This document shows, one piece after another, positions 1-12,900 of a stretch of 64,000 nt of DNA (its first letter is position 1; every line of letters begins with the position of its first letter). The notes beneath the pieces were generated by a model. That model was not told the origin of the DNA, searched no databases, and saw nothing but the letters and a program-made list of their open reading frames with translations. This stretch comes from Macrostomum hystrix (lineage: Eukaryota > Animalia > Platyhelminthes), in NCBI GenBank assembly GCA_950097015.1, contig CATNEN010000001.1, positions 7,750,001-7,814,000 of the forward strand, read 5' to 3'. The position numbers and the translations under genes are program-made.

Positions 1-220
1 TAGAGAGACTGATGAGAATGAGATTAGAGAGACTGATAAGAATGAAATTAGAGAGACTGATTAGAATGAAATTAGAGAGACAGATGAGAATGAAATTAGA
101 GAGACTGATTAGAATGAGTTATGAGAGACTGATGAGAATGAGGTTAGAGAAATACTGGTAAGAATGAGATAAGAGAGACAGCTGACGATTTAGATGAGGA
201 TGAGATGATGGAGAATATGA
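1..220. repeat. Intronic minisatellite, ~24-bp unit (TAGAGAGACTGATGAGAATGAAAT)
   Basis: Tandem purine-rich copies directly downstream (on -) of the splice donor at 236. Confidence 0.85.
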
Positions 221-236
221 CTCACATGAGACTTAC

Positions 237-587
237 CACAGACGAATCGAAATTGCACCCAGGACACATGAGTTGCGCAGGCTGCTGATGCTGTTGATGT
301 AAATTTAAAGGACTTTGTGGCACTGGCCTCGCGAATCTTTGCAACAACTCCGGCGCAATCGCTTTTATAGAGGCCATATGTCGCCTACCGGCTAATGTGG
401 TCTCTTCATCAACAGGAATTTCAGCCTTTGTTAACGAAAATTCATAATTTTGACGAGCAATATTCAGAAGAGACTTGGCAGGAAAGCCGCTTTTATCATT
501 AAACATGTAGACAATGTGACACATCATGAAAGCGGCTGCAGCATACAATGAGCCGCGAATCATGCGTTGCAAACTTAGCCGCGGCAT
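237..587 (-). CDS. First coding exon of a probable type II membrane protein (glycosyltransferase-like topology); gene continues off the left edge
   Basis: ATG at 587, short basic N-tail then hydrophobic segment SLYAAAAFMMCHIVYMF, perfect GTAAGT donor at 236-231, pyrimidine-rich acceptor TTCAG 6 nt upstream of the ATG. Family not identifiable. Confidence 0.55.
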
Positions 588-859
588 GCTGAGCTGAAGT
601 GTAAATAAGCAGCAATTCTGGCAGAAGAGTGGGACATGGGTCAGTCTTCTTATCTATGAGGGTTGTTCCGAAAGTCCGCAATCAAACATGCATATTTTCT
701 TTTTAGTCACTGCTTTGAACTAATACTTAATACCATAGACAAGTATCACTAATTGGTTCAAAGCAAGAGTAGTCTTGTTTGAGCAAAGCATTTCCTTCTT
801 ACAGTGTTTGTAGACGTACGAGTACTATGCTAATCAATCAAAAACCATAGCCAACAAGT

Positions 860-1490
860 GGATACAGCATTTTGAAGATGGCTGAGAGACAGTTGATGAA
901 CCTCCAGAGGATCTGGCCTGTCAACAGCTCAAACATCAAGCTCTGGATGTTGACCGCCAAGCCAGAGTTGTCAACCACTATTGGCATCTCATCATTGGCT
1001 GTTCACTTAATCCTGACAGTTGAACTCGGAATGTCACGTGTTCTTGTTTATGATAATAGATCCCAAAACTTCTGATTGACCAGCAGCAGTGAGAGTGGGT
1101 CCAGGTATGCCAGCAGCTCCTCCAGACATATAGCAATGTATCCCAACTTTTTGGACAGGTTTTTGACTAGGGATGAATCTTGGTTATAGTGAGCTAGAGT
1201 CCAAGATGCAGAGCTTCTTCTGGGACCATCTTCTGGGATATCTGCTCATCAAATGTCTTCCTTGTGGTGCTACAATTACTAGTGAGTACTACATTCAAGT
1301 CCTGCAGAAGTTGCCTGATGCCATCAAGGCCCAGTGGTATGCCAAGCTGAGCCATGGCATGCTGCTTCAGCACCACAATGCCAGATAACAATGGCTGCTA
1401 GTTTGGACCTGGGCTGCCAAACCGGTCTTACACAATGAACATCATACCTAGAGACTACTGGCTATTTGGAAAGACGAAAAAACCTTTGAG
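860..1490 (+). mobile_element. Degenerate mariner (Tc1/mariner) transposase relic
   Basis: Fragments FLT*DESW, FFWD..TITSEYY..L..LL.HHNAR and DYWLFGKTKKPLR match mariner catalytic-domain motifs; stops and frameshifts. Confidence 0.8.
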
Positions 1491-1499
1491 GTTGCCAGT

Positions 1500-1945
1500 A
1501 CAGCTCTTCATAGACCATAGCATTGGCCATTTCGAGAGTAGGGAATTTCGAGAGTGCGTGAACTTCGTCGACGACTGGGATTTTAGACAGCGCTTTAGAA
1601 TGTTGCCACCTACGTTCGAGCAGATGCTCGAATTCGCCCAACCTTGGAGTATGGTAGCGTTCGAAGTGGTCAATTGAGTGCCAGGGAGCAAGCGTTGATC
1701 TCGAATTGCATTTCTACGCCTGTAATGGCTGCTACCACGTACTTCGAGACGCGCACGGGCCTTCCGAGTCGTCTGTCACAAGCGTTGTGCGCCGCCTAAG
1801 GACTGCCATTAACTCTGAGCTTTTTCACCATACCGTTGCTTGGCCGGACATCAACAACGTTGTGCAGAAGTTCTTTAACATCGCAGGAATGCCTTCTGTC
1901 TGTGGACTCATCGATGGGACCGGCGTGGACATGGTTGTGCACTTT
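1500..1945 (+). mobile_element. PIF/Harbinger (HARBI1-like) transposase fragment
   Basis: FRQRFRMLPPTFEQML, LHFYA..GPSESSVTSVV and FFNIAGMPSVCGLIDGT motifs; truncated just after the first catalytic Asp. Confidence 0.75.
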
Positions 1946-2472
1946 TAAAATCTTTTCAGTTTTGACTTCTAAGCTAGCGAGACTAGAGCCTTACATACTA
2001 CCCGCTCCTTCTCTTTCTCCTTCTCCAACTCAGCTTCTTCTTCTGCTGCAAAGTGAATGTCTATGGCACGAATTCAATGCTAGGGGGAATAGCAGTACTG
2101 ATATTTACCAGTAGATATTTACCATTTGCTTCATGAAACCAGTTTTTAGCAGACTGCTGAATATCCACAGTTATTTTAGCTGCTGCTAACTGCTAATCTA
2201 CCAGTTGCTTTTGAAATCGGTCCCGGGTGTCATAAGTAATGTCACTATGGTTGTTGTACAGAAAACCAAAGCCATTAGCATCCAAATACATTATATTCTG
2301 AAAGTACATTTATTGAGAAGTTGCCACCACACTGGAGTAGCAATTTTATTTCTTTTTATGCTATCACTGAATTTTATTCTGACCAAAACTGTCGCAAGAA
2401 TTTATTAATCAGATTTAGCAAGCGCAACGCTTAATTAAATTAAATCTTTTTTTGCAACGAGCAAAACTCAAC

Positions 2473-3100
2473 ATGAATCACGACAAGACGCACATCCAGT
2501 TCTACGCTTTTTTTGCCTTAAGATTGGAAAATCTGCGGCAGAAGTAGAGGAGGATCTCCGGACCACACTGCCAGACAACTGCCCAACTCGCAGGACAATT
2601 TACAGGTTGTTTCAGAACTTTACTGATCCTGGGTTCGAATTGGGAGATGCCACCAGATCTGGCCGACCATGTTCAACGCCAAACAAACGAGTCTCCATCT
2701 GTACAACTCCCCTAAATACCAAGGTCGATGGCCAGTACTTCATCGACTTTGTCTGACACACTGGGAACCTCTGGTGCACACTCTGGTCAAACCCGATTCA
2801 CCTGAACGAAGTGCTGTGGCAGATGGACATCTCATGGCCGCACACCTGTCAGGCTGTTTCGGATTTTCTGGCTGGACGGCGAGTGAATCTGCTCTGGCAG
2901 AGTCCCTACAGCCCAGACTTAAACTTGTGCAACAGGTTTCTCTTCAAATGGTTGAAGGCAGACTTTTCCCAGAAAAGTTTTGCAAACCATGATGAGGTCA
3001 AAGAAGCCCTGTTGCACTGGTTCTGACAGCTGGAGGAAAAACACCTGCAGGCTGAGGTGGAAAAGCTGTACGAGCATTGCCAGTGGGTGATTGATATTTG
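2473..3100 (+). mobile_element. Second, internally deleted mariner relic
   Basis: N-terminal HTH region ending RSGRP joined to C-terminal PHT..SPYSPDLN..FLFKWLK (YSPDL signature). Confidence 0.8.
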
Positions 3101-4949
3101 TAGTAGGCCTCTAAAACAAAAAGTTGTGCAAGTTAAAATAACGCGAGAAAAATAATTTGTTTAAAGTGAAACAAGTAAATAACAAAATTTTCTGATTTGT
3201 TTTAATTGTTGAACAGTAAAAAATATTTTCTCAAATGTTTGTTAAAATAGGCACGAAACAAAATATATATTTTGTAATAAATTTCTGTTAAACAATTGCA
3301 AATAAAACATTATATAAGCAGGAATTTTGGAGAGAGGAATTCATAGTGTGCCTTTGGGGCAAACTTACTGACAAACAAGCAAAGATACAAAATCTTTGAA
3401 AATTTAATTTTGAAACTATACCTGTAGCAGAATATTCAGAGAAAGGAAAAATTAGCATGAACAAGAGTGTTCAGAATACTTATAGGACATAGAAAGTAAT
3501 ACCTGCATTACGGAGTTTATCCATAGGTGGTTCAAAGGCCTATTGCTGTGACCCTCAAATCCATAGGTACGCCTGACAGATTAAGTGTATAAAAGGTGCT
3601 AAAAGACCTCTCAGGCCACATATACACATACAAGAGAGAGAGAGAGAAACACTACCATGGAGAATAAAAGTGCAAATAAGGAATATCTTTGAAACATTCC
3701 TTTGATAGCAGTTCTTTCTGCTTGGTGGCAGCACTACTAGTAATAAATAGTAACTTTTGGTAACTAAAGGGTAGTAGTGAGAGTGTAACATTACAGTGGA
3801 GAATATTGAAAAGAGAGCCCTAGAGCATATTGGAGGACACAATGTTGTTGATTGATACAGTTTTTTTATCTATGATTGTTAGTTGGTCTGTTTTACCCTC
3901 AGTGACAGTATTTATGGTACAACAAAAGTATTAGACAAGTTATATTTTGGACTTTCTCAACAACCCACATAGTAATATAGTGCTAAGCTAACCTAGTAAT
4001 CCAAAAAGTTAAATTTCTTAGAAAAGTAGGAAAAAATTGTTTTATATTTAGCTCACTGATTATATACCTTTCAAATTTGTCAAATTCATCAGCTGTGTAG
4101 AATTTTTCTACATTTTAATCAGAATGTAAGATTTTAATAAAGCATGGTGCAATGTAACAACTAAGCATGGCCTATTGTAGTGCTTTATAGTGGTGGGGTG
4201 GGCCAAGGCAATGCTATTTTGGGCTAGCCTAACTTACAATATTATACAGTTCCTGGCATGTCTATGAACTTAGTGCAACAATTTCAATAGGGGTCAAGAC
4301 ATTGCATTTATTTTACTCTTAATAGACTAATAAATAATTGAGATGTATATTTAACTTGTCTAAGGTACAAGGCAAGCTATAGACTTTACAAAATCAAAGC
4401 CTATATATTAAATAACAAATTAGCTTGGCCAAAATTAACATATTATAGGCCTACTGATAAAAAAAATAGTAAATTAAAAAGACTGAATTAAAATTTATAA
4501 TACTAGGCCCTCGCCTGGGCCTGGCCTAACTTAACTAATCATAATTAACTAGATACAGTGCATGTAGGTACAGGCCAGGCCACAGTCAGCTAAGCCTCAG
4601 CGATGCAAAAATTCCTTGAGAAATAAGACATTGATTTCTACTAGCTAACCACGCTAGTCAGTCAGGTAGCGTAGCCTAGCTAGTTATTTAATCAGAAGTA
4701 ATAAATTAGGCCAAAGTCTGTTTTTTAATTACAACATTTTTTATTCTAGCCTTTGACTAGTCTACATTCACACTTAAAAGTTTATGGTGTATAGTTATAT
4801 TAATCCATTTTGACACAACGATTCATGTTAATTTCATAAGTAAAGTGTACAGGCCACTACAGTGTCTACAGTGCTGTACTTTAATAATGTAGAATTAGAA
4901 ATAAAGCTTTCGTAAGACAAGTTTCATATTATTTCCTGGGCAGTGTAAC

Positions 4950-5090
4950 TTTTAGTTCTTACGTTTAAAGTTATGAATACAAAAGTTGATAGTACGCGCG
5001 CCACATTTTAATGCGTCTAGAAACGAAACAATCCGGGTGAGAACTTTGTGGTGTGCCGTGGGGAAAATAGGATTTTTTAAACGGCTTCAA
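4950..5090. promoter_or_regulatory. Candidate bidirectional promoter (local CpG cluster)
   Basis: About nine CpGs incl. ACGCGCG between two CpG-poor flanks, lying between the divergent gene at 587 (-) and SWEET (+). Confidence 0.4.
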
Positions 5091-5765
5091 TAAAGCTTAC
5101 AAAACTGTGTTTAAAAGTACTTAAAATTATAGACTAACTAACAACATATATATTTAGTTCATAAGTAAGACTTTAATAAAGCAGTGTTGTAACAGTAGTA
5201 ACATTGTAAAGTACAAGACAAAAATATTTGTTTGTCCTAGTAAACGTGTTTTTAATATGGCTATATTTTAAACAGTTAAATTTTCTAAGAAGTTTGAATA
5301 CAATTACCATAAAATTAATATATATTTAATTTCTTGATTATTTTTCTATTTTAACTATGGCCTATGGTCTTCTTTTTAGCTCTCGTTGCTAGCTGGTATG
5401 GGACTCAGTAGCATACCTATTTAACTGCTGTATTTGTAACAGAAGCATATTTATTGTAGTTTTTCGTTTTTATATTTACCCTTGGCAGAATGGCAGTGTC
5501 AAAGTGTCATATATGAAAAAACATGATTACAAGACTGTTTGATATAATATTAATCTTTAGTAGCTATTCTATTGCTGAATTAACTAGCTAGATATTTTTA
5601 AGACAAAGTCCAGTCCATATTGTTTTTCATTTTAGTCTGATTATTAAAAAGTAAACAGTTGTTACTGTTTTTGCACATTTTCTAACCTTAGAAACATTTA
5701 CTGCTGATTAATTCATAAGGCTAATTTATCAATTTTGCATTTCAGCTTTCCTAAATCCTACCCAT

Positions 5766-8413
5766 ATGACTTATGGAGCAATTCACTTGGTCGGAAATCT
5801 GGCATCTATGTTTTCTATCTTGTCCTATCTGCCGGGACTGTAAGTTGCTAATAAAAATTGTGTTGAGTTGTCAGGTTGTTTATAATAATATATTTTAAGC
5901 TACCTTACCTATGCACCTCAGTTTGAATTTTTTGCTCCTATATTTCAGTAAGATAATGGCATCAATTATTACTAAAAAGTCATCTGAATCCTATTCATTC
6001 TTCCCATATGTTGCAATGCTAGCTAGGTAAGTTTTTCTGCTGTTATGAAAAGCAAAATATATACCTAGTATAAAAGAAAAACTCATTTATGAATATATAT
6101 TATACATATTATAAGTTTAGATAAATTGCAAAACTAATTTGAAACTGCAGCTCATCTGTGTGGCTCAAATATGGCCTAGTTCGAGAAGACTTTCCATTAA
6201 CCTCAGTGAGCTGCTTTGGTCTTGTAGTTCAAGCAGTCGTTGTGTTGGTGTTTTATCTGTATGCTAGGCACAAGGTGAGTCTAAATGGCTGTTTATGTGA
6301 CAACAAACAGTGAGAAATTATTGAACATGAATGAAAATGTACTGGAGTATATCTGAGCAAAAAATCTTTCACTTTTCAGATCGCCATCCACTTTCAGTTA
6401 ATGCTCTGCATGCTGATGGTGTTTCCAATCTTGTCTTATGTTAGATTTTCGCCTAATCTAGATTTGGCCATTGAGCATTTGGGTATATATTGCACAGCGG
6501 TATCAATTATATCCTATGGGTCTCCGTTATCCGCTGTGGTAAGTTCAGTTTAAATCAGTCTAGCATTGCTTAATCATCGTAGTATGGAATGGCCAGTGAA
6601 TGAATCGTAGCAGGAATCGCAGCTAGAATCTAAAACAGGAATATTAGCTGGAAATAAAAAATATCTACAGCTAGAATTTAACCACTAAGTAGTAATCGCA
6701 GCTAGAATTGAAACAGGAATCGCAGCTAGAACTGAAACAGGAATCGCAGCTAGAACTGAAACAGGAATCGCAGCTATAGAATTGAAACAGGAATCGCAGC
6801 TATAGGATTGAAACAGGAGTCGCAGCTAGAATCGAAACAGGAATCACAGCTAAAGGATCGAAACAGGATTCGCAGCTAGAATCGAAACAGGAATCGCAGC
6901 TAGAACTGAAACAGGAATCGCAGCTAGAACTGAAACAGGAATCGCAGCTATAGGATTGAAACAGGAATCGCAGCTATAGGATTGAAACAGGATTCGCAGC
7001 TAGAATCGAAACAGGAATCGCAGCTATAGGATCGCAGCAGGAATCGCAGCTATAGGATCGAAACAGGAATCGCAGCTATAGGATATAATCAGGAATCGAA
7101 GCTATAGGATCGCAGCAGGAATCGCAGCTATAGGATCGAAACAGGAATCGCAGCTATAGGATATAATCAGGAATCGAAGCTATAGGATCGCAGCAGGAAT
7201 CGCAGCTATAGGATCGAAACAGGAATCGCAGCTATAGGATATAATCAGGAATCGAAGTTATAGGATCGCAGCAGGAATCGCAGCTATAGGATCGAAACAG
7301 GAATCGCAGCAGGAATCGCAGCTCGAATCAAAACAGGAATCGCAGCTATAGGATCGAAACAGGAATCACAGCTAGAATTGAAACAGGAATCGCAGCTAGA
7401 ATCGAAACAGGAATCGCAGCTATAGGATAGAATCAGGAATCGAAGAGTATAGGATCGCAGCAGGAATCGCAGCTATAGGATCGAAACAGGAATCGCAGCA
7501 GGAATCGCAGCTCGAATCAAAACAGGAATCGCAGCTATAGGATAGAATCAGGAATCGAAGCTATAGGATCGCAGCAGGAATCGCAGCTATAGGATCGAAA
7601 CAGGAATCGCAGCTATAGGATCGAAACAGGAATCGCAGCTATAGGGTCGAAACAGGAATCGCAGCTATAGGGTCGAAACAGGAATCGCAGCTAGAATTGA
7701 AACAGGAATCGCAGCTAGAATCGAAACAGGAATCGCAGCTATAGGATAGAATCAGGAATCGAAGCTATAGGATCGCAGCAGCAATCGCAGCTATAGGGTC
7801 GAAACAGGAATCGCAGCAGGAATCGCAGCTATAGGGTCGAAACAGGAATCGCAGCTATAGGGTCGAAACAGGAATCGCAGCTAGAATTGAAACAGGAATC
7901 GCAGCTATATGATAGAATCAGGAATCGAAGCTATAGGATCGCAGCAGGAATCGCAGCTATAGGATCGAAACAGGAATGCAGCTAGAATTGAAACAGGAAT
8001 CGCAGCTAGAATTGAAACAGGAATCGCAGCTAGAATTGAAACAGGAATCGCAGCTATAGGATCGAAACAGGAATCGCAGCAAGAATCGCTGCAATGTCTA
8101 CTTATCTTATTTTCAGTCGGAGGTAATCCGTACCAAATCATCGGACAGCATGTCACTGGGTCTTATACTGTTGAACTTTATCACTGCCTGTCTCTGGCTG
8201 GCTTACGGCAGTTTAGTTCACGACAGCAATCTGACGGTGCCAAATTTTGTTGGCGCCTGTTTGAGCTGCTTCCAGCTGGGATTAATCTGCATTTTCCCTG
8301 CTACTGGCGCCGCTTCATTGTCGGCAGGTTCTGGTGCATCGTTGAAGACAGACTCGCCTAGTCAATCAGAGGCAAAGAAGAAACGTTTATTAGGATCTTT
8401 AGCACACGTCTAA
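5766..8413 (+). CDS. SLC50A1: SWEET1 sugar transporter (MtN3/saliva family), 5 coding exons
   Basis: Exons 5766-5839, 5949-6026, 6151-6274, 6380-6538, 8117-8413 join in frame with GT-AG; motifs KKSSESYSFFPY, WLKYG, YGSPLSAVSEVIRTKSSDSM, LWLAYG..D..VPNFVG. Confidence 0.92.
6603..8090. repeat. Minisatellite, 24-26 bp unit (GGAATCGCAGCTAGAATCGAAACA), fills SWEET intron 4
   Basis: Dozens of tandem copies ending ~25 nt before the acceptor. Confidence 0.95.
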
Positions 8414-8689
8414 AATAGCACTGATTGCATCACCGAACTTTCAATCTTGAATTATGCCCATAATATTTTTGTATTTTTTTTGTTTTTAAATCATTTTTTC
8501 CTGTTCGCATCTTTGTTCCAAGGCTTGTCAATAGTTATTTAATTCCTAAGTATTTCTCATACTTTTTTCAACCAGCTTCCTAAGTCTAAAGAATTGGTGT
8601 AGTAAATTTAGTGTCATGATAAACTTATTATGAGAAGTTAATATGTAAAAAAATAATAATTGAAGGAGGGTAAATGGCCCATCATTGAG

Positions 8690-8952
8690 TGACACTGGAC
8701 CCGCAGCCAGCAAGTCGGCAGTTCTGCCCATTTCGCTGACTCCTGAGCATACACGCGCACAGATACTGCACGCTCACACTGGTGTGTACACTCTGACTGT
8801 ACTTTGGAAGGTTGGCCCTCAAAGGCGTAAATTGCACGACAAGCCCCCAAGCCTTCTCTCCGCGACTGCGCCCCAAATGAATGTGGCCTCGCCGCGGAAT
8901 CGAGCTTCGGAACCTTCGGCGCGAGAGGCAAACGCATTAGCCACTCTGCCAC
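8690..8952 (-). mobile_element. tRNA-derived SINE, family A
   Basis: A box TGGCAGAGTGG and B-box-like GCTCGATTCC on -; clearly similar to the copy at 46700-46930. Confidence 0.7.
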
Positions 8953-9064
8953 TGATGATGAGCTTAGTTATCTGTACTTATCGTCAGGATTAATATCAGG
9001 ATTAATAAGAAGATCATTTGAATTAGAGGGGCGAGTAGAAATAACCGGCGCATAAAGCAAAAGA

Positions 9065-9235
9065 CTATACACGGCTGTTTAGTCCGTGGACTGGGAGGAC
9101 GCAATTCGCGCCCTCAATTTACTAATTTAACAGCTGGGTGAACTGAAGCAATGCATACTCGTAGTTAGAGGTGTCTTTGCTATTGGACAGAATTAGTTCC
9201 TGTGGGGTCGGGATTCGAACCCATGACCACTATTT
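9065..9235 (-). mobile_element. tRNA-derived SINE, family B (CORE-like central domain)
   Basis: B box GGTTCGAATCCC, TTGCTTCAGTTCACCCAGCTGTTAAATTAGTA core-like block, shared CCAGTCCAYGGACT motif. Confidence 0.65.
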
Positions 9236-9972
9236 AGTAAAAAACTATTTGTGAAAAAAACTATTGAACAGTTTGTCATTTTAAGATCAACGACAGTAAG
9301 TAAAAGAACTAAATTTATTTTGATTCTACGATTTTTTGTTTCATTTGATGTAATAAATTTTTGTTTAAATCTGTACATTCTTCCGCCGTAGTGTTCTTTG
9401 TTGTTGTAAGTAGCTGTTTACAACGCTATCAGCGGTCTTTCAAATCAAATTATCTCTCCCTCTGTGTGTGAATAACAAGTGTATGTCGTTTGTGGTGACA
9501 TTTGTATTTAAATTATTCTTAACCAGAAAAATCATTTCTAAATCTGTATTCCTCATATGTAACACATAGTAAATAATCGAATGTTAACACTCATTGATTT
9601 ATTGACAGATTATTAATGGGGTCGAAATTTTCGTTTTAACACTATCTTTTTAAGTTGGTTGTTGAGTCTGTCTATTTTTTATCGGTTTTTATTTTTGTTG
9701 GTTGCGGTTATTGTGGCTGAGTTCGTCGTCAGTGTCAATGCCTTTATACCTAATTTATAAATAAATTGCATAAAAAGAATGTGATGGCAATCTGTATTTA
9801 GTAGATGTTTTCTTCTGTTTTTACTTTTTCTTATTATAAAACGTTCTAATTTCTAAAAACGTTTTTTCTACTTTAAGTAGACAGGTTCGCATATTAACCC
9901 TTCTATTTTCCTTCCAGAGTCCTCGCCTAGATTTTCGTTTAGAAGAAGCAAATCTTTTGGAAATTTTCAGCA

Positions 9973-12900
9973 ATGCCAACGGCCAATCCATCATGTCGTC
10001 TTGCGGATCACAGACGTTGTCTTGTTCTACTGCAGTTATCTTCTATTGAGAGTAGTATCGCTGAAAATGAGCACCGATTCAAAAATATTTGCAAAATCAT
10101 CGAAAGAAGACGACGCGATCCGGCTACCGGTGCTTGTCTATGGCCGAAAGTGCTCACTGAATTCAGTCACGAGAATGAAGAGTGGTCCCGTTTCCAGGGT
10201 CACCGAAAGCTTAGAGCGGTTTTGTTGACTTTGTCAACTAGTGTACCGAATGGAGACTTATTAACTATCAAACTACCTGATGATTTTCAATCTGATAACT
10301 TTGAGGCTCTGTTAGACGATTTAATGAACAAGCTGGTATCTAATTTGGCTGCTCGTTTGAATTCGGAATTATCGTCACTTGAAGCGGCTAATTCTGTGTC
10401 AAATTCGCCATCAACCTCGGCAGCGTCAACTCCGTCAACTCCGCCTACAGACAATGCATCGTTGAATTCCTCCATGCCGTCGTCAATTTCATTATCTCTA
10501 ACTGGCGTCAGTGGCGGTGTTAATCTGCCATGGGCTCCCATTGAAGCAACGGAAATTGCCGGCTGGTCCGATGGGAAACGAACTAAAAGAGCTATTGCCA
10601 GGCGAGAGAAGCAGAAGGCAGATCTGCGCCTGTTGTTAGGCGATCTGAAAGCAGCAAAGTGAGTAGCCAGTGCATGGTAAATAAAGGACGTCGGAGCTAG
10701 TTCCTTGTTATTTTTTAACTTCGCTGATTTAAAAATTAACCACGTGATTGTTCTCGTACTGTTGTTCAAAACGGTGTGATTGTTCTGTGGTTTAAGCCTT
10801 CTCATTGTACTGTTCTTCAAGCCTTATCATTGTTCTGTGCTTCAAACCGTATCACTGTTCTGTGCTTCAAACTGTATCACTGTTCTGTGCTTCAAACCGT
10901 ATCACTGTTCTGTGCTTCAAACTGTATCACTGTTCTGTGCTTCAAACCGTATCATTGTTCTGTGCTTCAAACTGTATCACTGTTCTGTGCTTCAAACCGT
11001 ATCACTGTTCTGTGCTTCAAACTGTATCACTGTTCTGTGCTTCAAACCGTATCATTGTTCTGCGCTTCAAACTGTATCATTGTTCTTTCGCTCAACCATA
11101 TCATTTTACTGTTGTTTAAAATTCAATTTCGAGTACAGAATCGATGTAAAATGTTCGACCCTACCAACCGCTAGATCGGGCTTCAAGGCTGCGTCAGAAT
11201 CTCTACGCGCCCTCAACGACTTTCTGTGGTACGCCGCTGCCCTGGAAGGCCTGAGCGCCGTAGCGGTGGCAGACAGCAGTCACCTAGAGGCAGACGATGT
11301 CGCATCGAATTTTAGTGACAGCTCGACAGTGCTTGAAGCTCCAGAAGCAATAGCCAGTCGTTGTAGAGAAGCGTCCAATGAGTACCTGAAATACTCTGGC
11401 GCCACATGGTTGGCAGCCGAGGCTAGCATTAAATCGGTCAGGGCAATGAGAGGCAGTCGACTGCATCGGCAAAGATCAAGATGGTCCGCTGTTGAAGCGA
11501 TTCAATTTCTAGAATTGCCAGCCACTGAAAAATTATTAACTAGCTGCATTCGCGACACCTGGTGCCTGGGCGACCTAATGGCTGAATTAGGATTAACTCG
11601 GCGTGCCGCGTTGCATCGTTGGCTTGCGGCTCGACGTCTTATCGGCGACGATCAGATCACTGATGACGGCGAAGTCGATGATGAAGCTGGAGGTTTCGGC
11701 GATGTGGACTCGGCGGTAGTTCTATTGTCGCGCTGCCTAGACGATTTCAACGCTGGTCTAACCTCGCCCAGGCTTCGAGTTTTAGTGTCCATTCGTCTGG
11801 TTAGTCTGCTTCGAAGGAAGCGATGGAGAAGAAACAATTCGGCTAGGCCCAGTGACGAAGCTTGGCGACGTGCCCTGGCGACCTTGGGCAATCTCGGGCC
11901 ATGGCTAACAGTGGACGAGTGCCGCAGTCTTTTCGATTGCTTAGCCGACGTTGCCAATTCGCTGAAGGAACCAATTGAGGCGCCGTCGAAGCTACCCGAA
12001 TGGTTGTCTGCGAAACCGGAGCCGATGACCGATTCGCCCATACGAATGACAGCTAGACTGACTGATCAGAATTCTACCTCCGCTGGAGAATCCGGTATTG
12101 TCGGTACAAACAACAAACCATTGTTCATCTACACGCCTCTGACACTCGATACCAACGTTGGCAGTTCCGGCAAGACCGCCTCGGTCTATTGGTCCATTGA
12201 GGAAGCTAATAGGCTTCAATTGACTGTTCGACACAATCTTCCTGTTGGACTGCAGCTGTGGAAGCCAAGCCTGCTAGTACGTCATGTGCAGCAAACGGCA
12301 ACAACCTCTTTGTGGCCAGCTAAATTTGATACGAAAGACAATGCCGAGAGTCTAGCACTGCCGCCAAATGTGTCTAGCATGGATGTGAATTTGTTGGTCA
12401 GTCCGGAAATGATTGGTCGATTTGAACTGGTTGGCATCGATTATCGACTTGACTCTGGCTTGCCTTTGCGATGCCGTTTTCCAACTGATTGTGCGGCTAA
12501 ATTTGTTCCTTATATCAGAGTAGCCCCCGCCATGCCGAAGCTCCGCCTCGAATGGCTGGATAATCCCAATGGCGTCAAAGGTGACACTGTCCGGCTGATT
12601 ATCGATCCGTCCATACTGTCTGGCCGACCAGTTGATCAGAGTCAAAGCGCAACAATCGGTAATTCTTCTGCTTCAATGCAGCTCAGACTGACTAACGCCA
12701 GCAATTTGTCAATTAGTCGGACTAGTCTCGATTTAATGCCACTGGGCTTGGCTAGCTGGTCGGAGACTAATTTGGCTAGGCAGCTACCCATCGCTCCTGG
12801 CGGTGTGGCCGCGGTCACACTTTACGTCGGCATCGGCTCTGGTCGAGAGATGCCAGATTTTGGTCGGCATAGATTAAGAGTTCGAGTGCGCTACTGCGCA

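Noticed and set aside
8880-8952. tRNA genes at the SINE heads (also 9190-9235, 46860-46930, 63195-63265)
   Set aside because: A/B boxes present but no complete cloverleaf; they continue into shared SINE bodies
10780-11174. N-terminal 130 aa of the 834-aa ORF
   Set aside because: Intron 1 minisatellite; the real exon starts at the acceptor at 11175
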